A stretch of DNA of 64,000 bases from Magallana gigas (lineage: Eukaryota), in assembly GCF_963853765.1 (NCBI RefSeq), contig NC_088855.1:15500001-15564000 (forward strand). Reading direction: 5' to 3'. This document shows positions 40,001 to 55,003 of this stretch, in pieces. The translations under genes were made by a program, and so were the position numbers. Positions within the stretch are counted from its first letter, which is position 1; each line of letters opens with the position of its first letter. The notes beneath the pieces were generated by a model. It was not told where the DNA came from. It searched no databases and saw only the letters and a list, made by a program, of their open reading frames with translations.

Positions 40001-40377
40001 ACATGTACTAGTATGCAGCATTTTTCTGAAAATTGTGTCCTTTCCCTCCACTCCCCTCAAATAAAAAATTCTATTTGTTTCTGAGCTTTCAGATCTTTGA
40101 CCTGTTAGAGTATCTTTTCTTTTAAAATATTACAATTTTTTGCGGTGTTTTAAGAAACTTTTCTCAAAGGTGTGGGAGACCATTAAATTAAAACCTATGA
40201 AGGAAAATAAAAGTAAATCCAGTGCATTAGCTAATTATGGTATATTGATAAAATGTATTGATGAATTGTTTTCAGCTTCCGGTGGACAAGGACACTTGTG
40301 ATCAACTGTTCAAGGAATGTGACTCTCTGTATCAGATGTTCAAGAGAGGAGAAACTATAGATAATATAGATAAATAG
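22059..40377 (+). CDS. HSD17B7: 3-ketosteroid reductase / 17-beta-hydroxysteroid dehydrogenase 7 (SDR), 356 aa
   Basis: Exons 22059-22138, 22656-22865, 27628-27738, 28378-28492, 29370-29485, 33528-33603, 37626-37730, 38704-38760, 38949-39047, 40276-40377 (1071 nt, phase-consistent). [52 protein letters not shown]. Confidence 0.92.
22361..22436. mobile_element. Shorter copy of the TAG...CTA palindromic MITE (HSD17B7 intron 1)
   Basis: tagctgcaggtctgtagctcccggtctgaaaa...ttttcagaccgggagctacaaacctgcagcta; no TSD evident. Confidence 0.75.
22574..22597. mobile_element. 24-bp palindromic micro-element with 7-bp TSD
   Basis: cagggacgtgtatatacgtccctg flanked by gttatag on both sides. Confidence 0.8.
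25130..25830 (+). mobile_element. HINE-like element with internal tandem units
   Basis: T-run start, short hairpin (atgcccc...ggggcat), ccatt/tccat microrepeat, then repeated caagtt..aatttggtccagg...gagttatg...tttcagtt units. Family by architecture only. Confidence 0.55.
26600..26874. mobile_element. MITE with imperfect TIRs and an internal tRNA-like (A/B box) segment
   Basis: taaggatcctccacacacctg / cagggtgtcgaagatcctta; minus strand has TGGAGCAATGG...AGTTCAAAT at ~26710-26765. Confidence 0.55.
28690..29181. mobile_element. TTAA-flanked MITE, Kolobok-like
   Basis: 27-bp TIR aggggcatggtcacaattttggtcaaa; ttaa at the right flank and (t)ttaa at the left. Confidence 0.75.
29893..30240 (+). mobile_element. 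HINE-like element related to 3868-4590
   Basis: tttttagctctcctgagccaaagactaaagcgagcttttctgatcaaa start, gtt/gtc microrepeat, ccaaacttggcacaaagca monomer. Confidence 0.7.
30644..30820. mobile_element. Tc1/mariner-type MITE (TA-CTGT...ACAG-TA)
   Basis: tactgtagattcctta / taggaatttacagta. Confidence 0.6.
31280..31760 (+). mobile_element. HINE-like element with about 3 degenerate internal tandem units
   Basis: ttttagctaaccgagacgaagttggagggagctta start; repeated accaaacttgcatggatg...gatgctgga.gagg.taagg.ttttgga units. Confidence 0.6.
31768..31897. repeat. Imperfect foldback palindrome
   Basis: acatggtttg.agttgac.aaa.atggtttat...agtcagta.attccatatgg / ccatatggaatttactgact...ataaaccatgtttggtcaacttcaaaccatgt. 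Confidence 0.75.
32044..32410 (+). mobile_element. Non-autonomous element with a tctgattggtt head and a terminal 143-bp foldback
   Basis: Near-perfect palindrome 32268-32410 with apex ctccgcttcgcgtc; partial second copy at 13098-13220. Confidence 0.7.
37409..37606. mobile_element. Tc1/mariner-type MITE
   Basis: actgtaaacgtattatatttgg / ccaaatgtaatatgttaacagta. Confidence 0.55.
39152..39590 (+). mobile_element. HINE-like element
   Basis: ttagggtctttcgtctccagcggaagaccctact 5' hairpin, tattct microrepeat, repeated cacttccggtcg motifs. Confidence 0.55.
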
Positions 40378-41136
40378 CAGACCTGTACAAGAACCTCAGT
40401 CTTTCATATTTGAATTGAACCTCAGTCAATGTGGATAAGAACCATGGTTAAACCGGTTCATTGTACATGCATATACCGTGTACATGTACAATGATTTCAG
40501 AGATCCAATGAATTTGCTCAGAATTTATTGTATTACTTTTGTTTATACTTTTTCTAAATATATTTTTTTTATGTACGGGTAGTACACAAGTATATGCAAA
40601 CAAATCCTTTTCCAGTTAACTTAGGACAAGGTGTATTTTATAAGTTGTACCGGTAATATATGATTTGAATTAATTTATTCCATCTCCGGGTAATGGTTAA
40701 TTTATTTTTTTAAGATGCTGCCTGTAAATAACAAGTATGCTGTGGTTACATTGTAGACAATATTACTTTACACGTAACTAGTTTAAGTTATGTAAATTTC
40801 TGTGTTTGTTATACAATATTTTACAATAAACTATTTTTATGACATTAGCCATCTCTTTCTTGTATAAAAAATCATCACTGCATTGCCCATTTCATAGTGC
40901 CTGGTTGCTTAAATAATTATGGTATTAATATTTTAAATGAATATAGGGGCAGGGCATTAAGTAAAGAGTTGACTTTCCTTTAAAATAAAATAAGTTGTTT
41001 TTCAAGAATTAGTGCAGTAGTGCTCAGCATAATGAAGGGGTTAGCGGAAAAATATATCTTACTTCATTTTTTCTGTGCTCTGACATGTACAGTAGAACTT
41101 GTTTAGTACAGCAAGATTATATTGAAATTTTGGATA

Positions 41137-41636
41137 TACATTAAAACTCGGTTATAGCGAAGTCCTTGGGACCATTGGAATTACTTTGTTATATTCGTAA
41201 TTCGTTATATCCGTAAAACGGATTCATAAAAACATCTATGGCGAATTCACTATATACATGTTTTCTTTCACCAGACTATGATTTTTGCTAATTGAGGCTT
41301 AAAATAGAAAGTCATTACTTTGATGGCTTTAATGATCGGATTGTGAATTGAAAAAATTATATGAAAAGAAATTCATTCAAATTATTTTATCAATTGGTAG
41401 CGCAAACTTTTTTAAACTGTAAAGAAATTGGTTATGAAGGTGTTAAATTTCATTATTATTCACCTCTACGGGACTCAAAATCAGTTCGCTATATCCGTAA
41501 ATTCGTTATATCCGAATTCATTATAACAGTAAAATTTTGGAAAGATTTGTTAAGAATTTTACCGAGGATTCCAAAAAACTTCGCTGTATGCAAAAATTCA
41601 CTACATCTGTGTTCGTACTAAACGAGTTTTACTGTA
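41137..41636. mobile_element. pogo/Tigger-type MITE
   Basis: tacattaaaactcg / cgagttttactgta termini; repeated ttcgttatatccg internal motifs. Confidence 0.65.
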
Positions 41637-42439
41637 CATGTAGTATTGGGTTCTCCAGCAACATTCTTTGCAATTCCTTGTCAATATTTCAATTTTATCA
41701 AACTCAGATTTAAGTTTTCCAACATTGAAACACTATTAAAGGTAATTTAATTAGGTTGGGTGTTATATGTAAATAACCCCTTTACTGAGTGTAACTAGAT
41801 TATTCTCCCAGCTCCAAAGTATAATAATGATGACTAATCATGCTTTATTCCCTGGAAAACAGAGTGCAGATCAGTTCCATTTGCATTTACTTTATGCCTG
41901 TTCGAAAGGTGATCAGCAATACATGTAAAACACTTTGAACAAGAACTATATTGTGGTAGATTAGGTCCAAAGTAAATCAAAGTTTTCAGTATTCTGTATA
42001 ATAAGATGCTGTTCTAAGCTGTGATTCATAAAATTAAAAGAATTACATGAGTATTTAACATTGTCAGCTTTATTCAAATATTCATTTCAGAATACACAAA
42101 AAATAAGATACATGTCTGCTTCAGACATACACATAACATTTTCCCCATTTTCTAGTATCCCATTTCTTGACCCCTTTTCTGTTTTCATCTCAACAACATA
42201 CAAATATACACAAGTAACAGAAAAATATCAACCAGATATGGGACTATATATACACATGCATGCTCTTCATATCAAAATCTGAAGTGTATTTTCCTGTGTG
42301 TCACTATTTTTCAAAGTCCAATGGACTTGGCTCCCAAATATATTACACATATAAGCAGCCAGATACATGGATAATCCAATTTGGAGTGGTTCAAGAAATA
42401 ATTTTTTCTGTTAAGTCATTTCCCTTCACAATATTTTAG

Positions 42440-47630
<5,191 letters not shown>

Positions 47631-48081
47631 TGTTTTTCAAGAATAGAAGAATTTAAAATAACAATAACATTATTTTGAATAATGTTTCTCTTTTAAAATA
47701 AATTTATAGCAAAATATTGCAGAAACACAAAAGAAAGAAGAAAAAATGACCATGCATGCAGTATTTTTAACCGGAAATAAATTGATAAGTGTAAATTTAA
47801 AACCAATTTAGTTAACGATTGTTCTGCAAAGTATTCGGGGATTTGCTATAAATGCATTGTTGATATATATAGAAACATTAAACATGTTTTTATTTTTAAA
47901 AATTTTAATCTCTATTATTTGAACATTCCTTGAAAAAAAATCTAGTGGAAAGAAATAAGCAATTTTAAAAAGACACAACCGAAAAACCTTTGAACGACAT
48001 AATATGAAGCTTATGTGTTCCGGAAAAGTTATGTACACAAACTATGGTCAGGTGAATTAACTAATTTACAGAATAACCATA
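47631..48081. promoter_or_regulatory. Probable bidirectional promoter (OSGEP / RP9-like)
   Basis: About 450 bp between divergent ATGs; CCGGAA (ETS-type) motifs at 47771 and 48020. Function is inferred. Confidence 0.5.
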
Positions 48082-48914
48082 ATGGCAGGTTCCCAAATAA
48101 GATGGGTAAGATTTTTGTCGTAGTATACAAACGAAATTAAAATTTAAAAAATCATTGTTATGATATCAGGGTTGGAGATTAATCAAGTAAAGTACAGCCT
48201 TTTTTAAAAGAGAAAGAGAACAGGTGCTTGGGTCTCCATATACATTGTACAAACATCATTACATGTAATAGGTATCATGCACATATATCTGTATATGGAG
48301 ACCCAAACATCTGTGAGAAAAAGTTTCTACTATATTCAAAATTTCATTTTATATCTTGGCATGTTTATTTTCAAGGACCATGAAGATCCAATGAGGAATT
48401 ATATTGAAGAGAAGAAAAAGAAAGAGAAGAAAGAAAGGTACATGTATATTATGAAATTAGAACTTTTGCTATGTAATTATGCTATTTTGTAGCTGTAGGT
48501 CTGTAACTCCGGGTCTGAAAAAAATTGGATGGACAACCTGGGAGCTACAGTGCCTCCCATTGAAAAAATTGTATTTTCATTGTGCACAAAAATGTGTTTT
48601 AGACTTAATAGCCTTACTTATACTCAAATTCTGTGAAAACAATTAGTACCATTAAATTCATCATGCAATTTACTCCTGATATTGTCTCTTTACTTTCCTC
48701 TGATAACCTTTTAAACACCATAATTAGCCCCGTAATTTGAAGTGGTGCAGTTTGTTTACATGTAAAAATGGTGACTCTCAATCTCGATGTTAAATTGACA
48801 TACTGGTACTTGATTTTTGAGGTCAGTAGTGTTTTCCAGAAAAGTCTGAGGCTAGTAAAGAGACGATATCAGTGGCTAGTCTAGCTCTTGTTGGAAAATA
48901 AAATTGGTAACTGT

Positions 48915-48977
<63 letters not shown>

Positions 48978-49495
48978 CAAAGTGAAATGATCTATCAACT
49001 GTTACATAAATAAATCTACAATATAACATAATCTTTTTGTCCTTTCTCAGAATTGAACAGTTGAAAGCTCTTGTCTTTGACTCGGACACAACATCATCGT
49101 CTTCTTCAGAGGATTCTGGTTATCACAGAAAACGCAAGAGAAGAAGATCTGAAACAAGGTCAAAATCCAAGAGGAAAAAATCGAATTCAAGGTCTGACTC
49201 AAGGGAATCTAACCAGGAAAAGAGCAGTAGGAAACATAGGAAAAAGAGAAAGAGAAAGAAGAATATAGAAGAGAGTGATAATGAAATTTCATTCAAACCA
49301 AAGAAAAAGAAAAAATCAAAAAGACGTGATCCTCTAAGAACTGATGTTGAGGATGAAAAGATTGTTTGGTTGGAGAGAACAGTCAGTGACAGTGATGTTA
49401 ATAAAAAGCAAACCGAACATGATAAAAATTCAAAAACTAGAAGTCATAAGCATAAGAAGCGTAAACATAAGCTCAAGCATAAGAAAAAAAAGTAA
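48082..49495 (+). CDS. RP9: RP9-like (retinitis pigmentosa 9/PAP-1) Lys/Arg/Ser-rich protein; 5' exon tentative
   Basis: Exons 48376-48437 and 49051-49495 splice in phase to DHEDPMRNYIEEKKKKEKKERIEQLKALVFDSDTTSSSSS, resembling human RP9 AHEDPM...RIQQLKQLLEDSTS as I recall it. Candidate first exon 48082-48105 (MAGSQIRW|gtaaga) gives 176 aa. Confidence 0.6.
48919..48969. repeat. (CT)n microsatellite (RP9-like intron)
   Basis: Direct reading. Confidence 0.95.
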
Positions 49496-50482
49496 TAAAA
49501 ATGCTGCAACAAATGATTGTCTCTTCTTGGTCTTTGCTATAACACACAAATATATGCATAATAATGAAATCATCATGTGCAGACAAAGAGGGTGGGTCTT
49601 TTTTTTCTAGCTTGACATTTCCTATAAGCAAAGGGTGATGATCCACTTTGTTTCTCTTTTCTGAATAAGAAAACACAAGTGGATCCTCACCCACTGGAAA
49701 ATTAAAACTTGTTAATTTCTCATGAATTATTAGTAAAGTTCACGAAAATAGGTTAAATTAAGGCCTTGAGCCCCCAACACCCAAACAAAATTATCACTCG
49801 GAAAAGCCTTTCCCTACATGGTCCCTATGAAAAACTTAGATCTGCACATTCATTTAATTAGTAATCGCAGGGTTTTGACAGTCTGTGCGAAAAAAACCCA
49901 ACACATTTTATTTCTAGTTGAAACGCCTCATTTGATTGGCTAATTAAATTCATATATATCATAGGGTAAACTGATCGTGAGTCGGACACATAATTTTATA
50001 AACATGAACTGTATTCAATCCTGTGAATGTACCCTTGTTTCGATTTGTTCAACCGGTGCCCCTCTGGCATTTTGATATCTGTCTGTGTATTATCAGACTC
50101 GGAATTCATCAGATTGTTATAAATATGAAAATGATATTTGTGATCATAAGTCGGACGACAAATGACCGAGAGTCGGACATGGTTTTACAGCGTGATAAGG
50201 CACAATTAATAGTTGCAGTTACTTTTTAAATCAATAAATTTATTAATTTTTTTAAAGCGAATTAATTTCTGACCCAGAAAGAGGATATATAGTTTTTTGA
50301 TGAGACAAGATCAATCTGTAAACAATGAAACCTCGATCAGTATGATAAAACAAAACAGGTGCTTGAAGTTTTCACGGCATTTGCCAAGTCAATTTCCAAT
50401 ATGCGAAGCTTGGTTTCGCTGAATGAAAAAAATTAACTGACCCTTGTCCAATCAGCTTGTAGTAGGCGGAGTTAAGATATTC

Positions 50483-50487
<5 letters not shown>

Positions 50488-50517
<30 letters not shown>
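50488..50517. repeat. (GA)n microsatellite inside the pogo element
   Basis: Direct reading. Confidence 0.9.
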
Positions 50518-50521
<4 letters not shown>

Positions 50522-51019
50522 ATTGTCAGTAAACATATGAAATAAAATGCATGCATGCATGTTCATATACTTGTATGAGTAAATACTTAGCAGTCCTCTA
50601 TTCAAAATTATCTAGAATATCTGTAAGGATATCGGAGCGACCCGATGAGCTCAAATGATGTCGTACTGTGTGAATGTTTCAGCGGCATGTCTTTGATGCC
50701 GGCGAACTGACCGGCCGACTGGGTTCAACACAGACTCTATATGCATACAAAGTCATGCAATACAAGGCTGTTTCAATTGAAAGTTATTGCGTTCAAAGAA
50801 GACCAAGCTTTCGTTAATTCTGTCGCCTTTGATTGAATCGTACAGACTTGACTAAAGTACAAATAACCTGACCCATGTTAACGAAGTAAATTCCCATGCA
50901 GTGTTCAACATTGGCTGTTTTTAATGCAAGAATATAAAACTAACAGGTAAGTGTTTCATTAAATATATTATACAATCAATTAGATATAAATATTTGTTAA
51001 CGAAACAAAATTCCCATCT

Positions 51020-52963
51020 TTAATTATCAAGTAATTCTCGCAGTGGCATCATGCCAGCTGTCTCGCCGATTTTCCCCTTTTTTCCCTTTCCTTTGATTTC
51101 ACTGGCAGTTTGGCGCTGGACTCTCTTTAGCGCCTTCTTTTGTTCTTTTTCTTTTTTGCTGTCATGCGCTTGTTTTTTGTGACTGTAAGCATCATCTGCA
51201 GTAATAACAAAATACTGTGTTTCAGGCTTGTTCCGCTTACTAGCGGCTTTTGATGCTCTCGGAATGGGATTAGGTAAGGACAGAATATTGCTTTCTGAAT
51301 TTTCATTTTGAATAATTGAGGACAAAGGGTCAGATATGATTGTTTTTGTAGCAGTATTTTCTTTATACATTTTCCACGTTTGAAAAAGGGGGTCCTTAAT
51401 TTCTTTATTGCCTAATAAAGCCGCTGTGAATTTGAGTAGTTTCGCTGAATCCATTGTAGATTCAAGAACTTCTAGAGCTTTTTCATTTGTTACAGGTGCA
51501 AGATCCGCGCCATCAGCTGTACTAGTCGCCAAAGACTCAAAACTCATCAACCCATCAGTATCCATTGTTATTGGGAGATCAATTAAGGTTGCTGATGTCA
51601 ATTCAGTTGGAGGAAAAAGAGGCAAATCTAAATAAATAGAATTAACATTGGGCTGATCTACTTTCTCTGGCTGTGCGGATGAAGAACTCTCGAAGGAAAT
51701 GTCAGACGTCTCAAGCTGAGCGGAGGCAGAACTCTCTAAGAAATTGTCAGAACTCGAGTACAATGTCGCTGGTTTGTACGCATCGTTTGGGATGGCCTCT
51801 GGGTCGAACGGGAATATACCTGTCGCCTTGAACCCATTTTTTACCACTGATGGTTCCGTAGCAGATACCCACGCTTTGTGAAACATTCTAAAAAACTGCC
51901 CATGGCCCACAGGAACCCCCGTTACTTGAGTGAAGTTACTGACTTCGGAATTCCAAGTGTTTTTCAAAGATTTAAAAAAGCTTCTATCTAAAGGTTGTGT
52001 CCAGTGACTTGTATGGCTGGGGAGTTCAATGATTATAATATTTTCTCTACGTGCTAATTCAATGAACTCCACGTTGTTATGCGAGCTATGCCCATCGCAC
52101 ACGAGGAGTTGAGGACGATGTTGCCCAATGAAGGGAAGAAATGTGGACTCAAACCACAACCTCCCTATTCCATCTTTAGTCCACCCAGACTCTGAGAGGG
52201 AAATGTTTGCGTTTTTTATTTCAGTTTTCTGCAAGTATTCAGAATCGTAACTAAGAAGACTACGTTTAGTTTTTCCAGGGATTATGAAGTGGGGCGGGAC
52301 TGTATTGCCCTTTGCATTTGCGCAGACGATTACAGTGACAAGTTGTCGCTGAGTGGAACATTTGGCATGAACTGTTTTTGCCCCCTTCTCTGCAACAACT
52401 TTTCCTGGCTTATGGGCCAATGTGAGTCCTGTCTCGTCCATGTTCCAAATGTGCTCTGGCTGTAAATTGTTTTCGTTCAACACTTTTCCAAGTGCAAGAA
52501 AAAATTTACCGACCCTCTCCTTTGTCATAGAAGCATGCCTATTTGAAGCAGTTGCTTCTGGAGACCTCAAAGAAAAGCTAGTGTGTCTTTTTTTCAGACG
52601 TCTCCACCACATTTCAGATGGATTTTTGTTTTTGAACGGCACATGTTTGGCTTTCGCCATAGCACTTGCGGCACGCATAAAGTTGTATTTACTGTAACCT
52701 ATACCTAGAGCTGCCCTCTCTTTCGCCGTTTCTATCAACTCTTGTTCATCTTTAGTAGATAATTTGGGTTTTGAGCCCCATACCCCATCCTCTTTGACTT
52801 TACCACTAACTCTGTCACTCAATGTAGAGGAGGGGACAGAGTATTTTTCCGCGGCTTTGCGGAGAGAGGAATAACCAGACTTGACTTCAGTTATCGCCTT
52901 GCGCATATTTTCAGGGTCCCAAGCTCCATATACTCTCTTTTTTTTCGTCTGACACCTTAGCAT
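51020..52963 (-). CDS. pogo/CENP-B-family transposase (HTH_psq + CENP-B HTH + DDE_1), 647 aa
   Basis: SLRKAAEKYSVPSSTLSDRV (psq HTH), WWRRLKKRH, IWNMDETG, LVCDGHSSH, HWTQPLDRSFF; 35 residues counted between D2 and D3; no stops or frameshifts. Confidence 0.93.
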   Translation of the reverse strand: MLRCQTKKKRVYGAWDPENMRKAITEVKSGYSSLRKAAEKYSVPSSTLSDRVSGKVKEDGVWGSKPKLSTKDEQELIETAKERAALGIGYSKYNFMRAASAMAKAKHVPFKNKNPSEMWWRRLKKRHTSFSLRSPEATASNRHASMTKERVGKFFLALGKVLNENNLQPEHIWNMDETGLTLAHKPGKVVAEKGAKTVHAKCSTQRQLVTVIVCANAKGNTVPPHFIIPGKTKRSLLSYDSEYLQKTEIKNANISLSESGWTKDGIGRLWFESTFLPFIGQHRPQLLVCDGHSSHNNVEFIELARRENIIIIELPSHTSHWTQPLDRSFFKSLKNTWNSEVSNFTQVTGVPVGHGQFFRMFHKAWVSATEPSVVKNGFKATGIFPFDPEAIPNDAYKPATLYSSSDNFLESSASAQLETSDISFESSSSAQPEKVDQPNVNSIYLDLPLFPPTELTSATLIDLPITMDTDGLMSFESLATSTADGADLAPVTNEKALEVLESTMDSAKLLKFTAALLGNKEIKDPLFQTWKMYKENTATKTIISDPLSSIIQNENSESNILSLPNPIPRASKAASKRNKPETQYFVITADDAYSHKKQAHDSKKEKEQKKALKRVQRQTASEIKGKGKKGKIGETAGMMPLRELLDN

Positions 52964-53313
52964 CTGTAAAGTTTCAAAATTTTCATTTTTGTTATTTTTT
53001 TGGTAGCGTATTTCCTATATTTATTATATTTGAAACTACCAGGGCAATAATTCTGTATTTATTGTTTTAATTGTGTTTTCTCGTATCAGCATTTGTAACG
53101 CGATTTTTTTTAAAGTTAAAAAGGGTTTTTTTAATGTACAAGTAATTTTATATCATTTTGTTATTTATTTATTTTTTTGTGACTTGAAGCTCGTTTATGA
53201 ATCGTAATTTTATATAAAACAACGCATTCATATTCAACGTTTATTAATTTATTTGCATTTTGTTTCATTAATGTATCAATTGCACACAAGCATTAATGAT
53301 GTAGAAATTAAAA

Positions 53314-53694
53314 TCACCATATTTTTAATTCATATTTGTCTAAAACTTGTCTGATTTGAACTATATTTTCATCTGCAGTGAAAAACCCGATGTTGCACTT
53401 CTGGAGAGGACCACATTTTTGACTGAATTTTTCAGCAGCTCCCTTTGGTTTTACGTAACATTTATCATGAATAAGATTTTCTTCAAATAGCCTAGAAATA
53501 TGAAGCGCATCTTTTCGGCTCAGGTAGGCTCGTTTATGAGAGCAATCCATATCGGCAAAAACTGCTACGGCATGTTTGTCTTTTGGTTTTAAAGGCTCGT
53601 TTCTGGCATAGTACACTTCACCAACCCTAAGTTCTGTACCTCCCCAGTGGTGCATGCCCACTGCATAGACACCAAAAACAGCAACTTTCTTCAT
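53314..53694 (-). CDS. Stand-alone HIRAN-domain-like protein, 126 aa, inside the transposon
   Basis: VYAVGMHHWG...LRVGEVYYARNEPLKPKDKHAVAV...RAYLSRKDA matches the HIRAN pattern VG-x-aromatic...L.REP.N..D..AVAV...GYL.R..A; recognised by eye, no HMM run. Confidence 0.7.
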   Translation of the reverse strand: MKKVAVFGVYAVGMHHWGGTELRVGEVYYARNEPLKPKDKHAVAVFADMDCSHKRAYLSRKDALHISRLFEENLIHDKCYVKPKGAAEKFSQKCGPLQKCNIGFFTADENIVQIRQVLDKYELKIW

Positions 53695-55003
53695 ATCTGA
53701 CTTTTGACTGAAATGACAATATTCTGCGACAGGTGAGCGCGTTTAATTAATTGTCAGTATTAGTTGTTTTAATTTTAAAACGAAATACTGAATTCAAATA
53801 TGTTTTGGAATTATGTTCAGAAATTATATTTTCATAACTATAATAGGCACATTCAGCATATTGGAACATGTACATATCTCTCTCTTCCTCTCTCTCTAAA
53901 ATATTTTTTTTATTATTATTAAATATTATTTATACATTTTTAATAGTGAGTCTATAAATTTTTTCAAAAAATTGCCCAAGTAGTTTCAAATTTTTAACAA
54001 CTTTTGAATATTTTAGTTTGTGTTCTTGAGTCGGACAGACCGTCCGACTCAATATCAATTAGAATAAATAACTGTCCGACTCAATATCAAATTAGCCATT
54101 TTGATTTTTTCTTGTCGCACTAAATTATCTTATAACAAAAATATAAGAATTGTCTATATTTATGAAATAAATATTTGTTACAAATGTGATATATAGAAGC
54201 TTTAAGAAAAAATAATCCTAAGCCACAAAAAGTTATTATGAAAACATATAAAAACAGCTTAAATTTCCCATAACCAGTGTTCATTTTTACCGTGTTTGGA
54301 TTTCCCACTTCGTGACGCTATAGCAGAAAGACCCGGACGATGACGTGTGCCAAACGCGATAACTCTAATAACTAAATGACAACTGAAGCAGTATCTGTTG
54401 AAAGTTTATTCATACGATAAATAATGCTAGCGTAGATGTTGAACAAAGTTGGCGTCCGACTCACGATCGCGTCCGACTCACGATCAGTTTACCCTATAAC
54501 ATAACTTTTCGACATCACTATATGCAGAACATAATAATCCACTTGACACAACTTTTAAATAATTGTCCTTAACTTCTGATTTTAGTTGTAGAAAATTATA
54601 TTATAAAGAAATAAATTTTGTGGCGTAAATTTCCCCAATATGTTATATCAAATAACATGGGTAGAAATAAAATTCCTTAAATAATTAAAATAGAAAAAAT
54701 GTTAAAATAAAATAAAAAAAATCGGAAGTTGCAGTCTTTTTTTTTGGAGGGGGGGGGGGGGGTGTCCACAATATGACATATTAAAAACCTGTGCAGAAAG
54801 TAAACAGCGTTTTAGTATCTGAGCCAGAATGCCTGTGGATGATCAACAGTTAAAAAAAATTATTTTACTACATTTATGTTTTTAAAGTCAAAGAACAAAA
54901 AGCAACTAATCATTCTGAAAAAGAGGATCCGTCTATTCGGTTTCGTAATTAGCGAGCGGTTTTAGTTTCCTGCAAAAATCGAGCATTACTTTCTTCATCC
55001 AAA

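Larger units (their letters stand above)
49964..54494 (-). mobile_element. Full-length pogo-superfamily (Fot-like, DD35D) DNA transposon, 4.53 kb, with two ORFs
   Basis: Perfect 24-bp TIR GGGTAAACTGATCGTGAGTCGGAC; TA at 49962-49963 and 54495-54496; intact transposase plus a HIRAN-like ORF. Confidence 0.93.

Noticed and set aside
48769-48805. First coding exon of the Lys/Ser-rich gene (MVTLNLDVKLTY)
   Set aside because: Splicing to the acceptor at 49051 creates TGA, while exon 48376-48437 splices in frame and gives RP9 similarity.
51408-52697. Plus-strand ORFs 51408-51635 and 52422-52697 as extra element genes
   Set aside because: They are antisense shadows of the transposase frame with non-ATG or weak starts and no motifs.
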